Positions 60,753-64,000 of a stretch of 64,000 nucleotides of DNA are shown here, one piece after another. Each line of letters begins with the position of its first letter. The first letter of the stretch is position 1. The DNA is taken from positions 1,674,001 through 1,738,000 of the forward strand of contig NW_027117338.1 in assembly GCF_038025025.1 (NCBI RefSeq), read 5' to 3'. The DNA comes from Phyllosticta citribraziliensis. Its lineage: Eukaryota. The translations under genes were made by a program, and so were the position numbers. The notes beneath the pieces were generated by a model. That model was not told the origin of the DNA. It did no database searches and saw only the letters and a list, made by a program, of their open reading frames with translations.

Positions 60753-62696
60753 CGGAAGCGCCACCAGCGTGTACGATAAGCGAGGCGCTCCGGAGTCTTT
60801 CTGATTTTCTTTGAAGTCAACCGCGTAATACTGCGTCTAAAATGGTTGTAGGTGTTTTGTTGATGCTAGCGATTTCTCACGAATACCTTCTCGTCGCTCG
60901 AGAAAAGCGAAATAGCCCATGTATTCTTTCCTCTTACCAAAAGCTTCACGTCTGTTTCGAATTTTCGATACAGCAATGTCTAGTCTTTCATTCACATCGC
61001 GCGTACATCCCCCAGAAAGCGTAAGCCCTCGAGATAGATGGCAATTTTGAAAATGCTAGAGGATGAATCCGAAGATTGCTCGTAAAGACTGCCCAAAGAT
61101 AGATGGGACAGCGAATATGAAACGTATAGACTGAGTCGCGCGAACCTAGCTGTCCCGTAGACATGGAGTTTGTTCTGAAGAAACTGCTGGGATACGGAGA
61201 ACTCCGAGCCCCATCGGGGAACGGCAGCAGTTTGAGCTGGCTTTTTGCGAAGAAACCAACCTGCCTAATGCTTGCCCCCTTTCCGCCCGCCCCTAGTTGG
61301 GTTTTTCGCCCCCCCCACCAAGATCCCTGCGGGCGGAGTGGCGTGGATGCTGCAGGGACCGCTGCATGCAGGTGGCGCATGTACGTAAACCACAACGGCA
61401 GTTGTCTGTATATCAGGTGAGGGCATCTTGATTCTGTCGCATCGCCGTCCCCCTCTTGCGTGCAGTGCTGAAGCTTTGCGGCCCGAGCTTGATATTAGAG
61501 GATGCTCAAGCTACCTAGCTTTGTCCCACTCCCGCGGAAATCGAAAAAGAAAGGCAAAGGATGCATTGCTGCCCGTTCGTTCATCAGCGGAGGTTGGTCC
61601 TGAATCACAATCAGCCCAATGGTGCCGTGACTAGCCACAGAGATGAGTCGATGGCACAAAGCACTTTGTGGATGTCTCTGCCGCCCCAGCTCTAGACTGC
61701 TGTGGCGCAATTCTTGACTGTGTTTTTTCTTTAGCCGTCAGGTGAGCTGGAGTAGACGCCCGCTTCGGGTTGGGTCACGTTTCCACATTCCGCCATCCCG
61801 GCTCCGCTTCACTCTTTTGATGTGATGACACGCAACGGCGGTGAGTCGCACCTCGCTGACTGTCGAGAGTTTGACCTGCTGATTGCATGGAGTTTTGCCG
61901 TTGAATGGTCGGAAGTGGAGTTCTGGAAGGGGTTGAGAGGTGGGTCGAAGTGCAGGGTGCCGTCAATGTACGTGAAGCAGTCACCACGTGGACGCATGCC
62001 CAATGGCCTGTGATTCGGAACTCGGCCATATGACGCTTCAACAAATTGCTAGGCGTTTCGACAGTGGAGAGAGGAGCGAAGGAGATCCCATTCTGCTCAC
62101 CACGTTCGTTACCGGCCCGAGCGTTTGTCGGTCATCGGGCTCGGTCGGGTAGAGACTGGAGCGGGCCGGCCCGAGTTTCTTCCGCCTTTTGGCTTGGCAC
62201 GCCCGCATGGTTCCGTTTTTCTCCATGGCTGCCCCTCCGTCTTCAAACAGCTAACGAACTCCCGATCCCCTCTGATGACACTGCCTCCTCAAAGGCTCAA
62301 CGCCATCAGATTTCAGATCTTGCCGACCGTCCTTGATCAGATCGCGGCTGATGCGCCAATGGCACGGCACTGATTTAAGACTTACGGCCGCTGTGCACAG
62401 TGTCAAAGCAACTCTAATCTCACTTCAGTGGCATGGATACGACTCGACTCTATTGGAAGGTTTCTGATTCGGCAGTGATTTTCTGGTTCACTTACTGGTT
62501 GAACCACTCTTGTCTCCCACGCCAGTGGACTCGGTCGCTTCTTGCGACGCGCCAGAGGAAAAACGCAAAGACTGGGTATCATGAAGAGAAAATCCGTACA
62601 AAGGAAACGCAGCTTTATGCCTATGAACAAATAAAAGTTTGGAAAGAGGGGTCTTGCCGATTTTATTCACCGATCTCAGTGCCGCCAAGAAGCGTC

Positions 62697-63967
62697 TCAG
62701 CAGGAGTCGCACATGTTTCCAATGGCCTTTTCGAGATCGGCAAAGAGGTTCAGCACTTCGCCATCGGCATAGATCCGAATGGACTCGACGTCCTTGCGGC
62801 TCGTGTGGTATGGGCTGTCCGGGCTGTTTGCCTTGAAAGGGCTCCTTGGTGGAGTTGTGTGACACGTTTCGTCAGTCGACATGGCCACGGAAGGCATGAC
62901 GACAGCAGCAGCCACGTGCTCGAGCAGCTTCTCGCGAATGCGCGTCCGGCGGCCTTCGGCTTCTTCAATCTTGTATATCCAGTCGTCGATGGAAATATCC
63001 AACTCCACGAGAGCTTCCTCCTGCTTCAGTAGGCTGTCCCGGTTGAAGCAAACAGTCTCGCTTTTCCTGAGGTACGAAAGCATCCGCCCGTGGAGCCTTT
63101 GACGACCCTCTCGGAGAGACTTGTAGGTCCTCCTCAAGTAATCGCATCTTTCGTCCAAGGCGTGGAGCTCCTTGGTCAAGGAGTTTACGTCGCGACAGTT
63201 GAGCACTTCGAATCTCTCGACTTGGCCATACGCTTTGTCGCGCAACCTTTCTCTTTCGGAGTTTGCCAGGGCAGAGACGGCCACCGAGGCGGGCAGACCT
63301 CTTGGTAATCTCCACGCATCTGTTTTTTCTCCATCCGTTGGACTTGGAGTATGGCCAGCCCGGCTTCCAGCTCGACTTCCGGCTCGACTTTCGACACGTC
63401 TTGGGATCCTCCCAAATGAATGACCTCCATTCATGACTGACTGTCCTGATATCCTCCTTCTGTGGACAATGGGACGATCTCGCTTGTCAAGGGATTCTGG
63501 CGACGAGCATTGACCTCCAGTGAAGTAATTATCGTCTACGGGATATTCTCCAATCGTTGGAACAACATTGCCAGAATCCATTCTTGGGGGTGGGCGGCTC
63601 GCTGGGGACTTTTTCGTGTAAAGCGACGGGGACTTTGGCGGTACTTCTGGAGGCATGTCTTCTTCTCCCACTCTTGTGTTGACTTGCAGTCTTGGTTGCC
63701 CAGAGTTCATGGACATCGGGCTCAAAATCGGCGACAATGGCCTCAGCATTGGCAAGCATGGCCCAGTGGTTTTTGCTGGTGATCCGAATGAAGCTGATGG
63801 GGGAGTTGTGACCTTGGGCAGTAACGCCGGCCCAGTCACGCAAGACATCATGGCGTCTCCGAATGGATTGGTCCGCCACTGGCTTCCTTTTGGAGGCGCG
63901 CTCTCGGATCTTTCTTGGGTTGGGTGAATCGACTCCTTTCGAACAGGAAAGTATCCAGGAATCGTTG
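62697..63967 (-). CDS. Uds1 (up-regulated during septation) domain protein, probably 5'-partial
   Basis: FEVLNCRDVNSLTKEL..LDERCDYLRRTY..RRTRIREKLLEHVAAAV. The frame stays open upstream of ATG 63851 to a GCTGAC..CAG acceptor near 63968, so exon 1 may lie outside the window. Confidence 0.82.
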
Positions 63968-64000
63968 CTGGAATTCACTCGTGTCAGCGTTCTTCCTTTC

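Noticed and set aside
60753..62696. Short ORFs or ncRNA in the 1.9-kb convergent intergenic region
   Set aside because: No motif, repeat or convincing structure seen.

Overview
Filamentous ascomycete (Pezizomycotina) nuclear DNA with short spliceosomal introns; the class cannot be fixed from this window. Layout: (i) a secreted Thr-rich protein gene (1.0-2.4 kb); (ii) a decayed accessory island (~4.1-14.3 kb) with two head-to-head paralogous SNF2-type helicase pseudogenes, a GIY-YIG-like nuclease pseudogene and three arrays of a 33-bp repeat, followed by an intron-containing tRNA-Gln(UUG); (iii) an SREBP-type bHLH gene and the UV-damage endonuclease; (iv) a metabolic/accessory stretch (M20 amidohydrolase, two MFS transporters, P450, metallophosphoesterase, flavin monooxygenase, hypotheticals); (v) core genes (SIF2/TBL1-like, TMEM115-like, HMG-CoA lyase, DPH1, AMA1, BET4), a secreted protein, an ACT-domain protein, a long coiled-coil protein and a 5'-partial Uds1-domain gene. 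The most striking signal is the AMA1-like APC/C activator gene. It appears to need two unusual RNA-level events for full-length protein: bypass of an in-frame UAG (candidate A-to-I editing site) and removal of a 46-nt AT-AC intron with a U2-type branch point. All gene models and family calls were made by eye; no searches were run.
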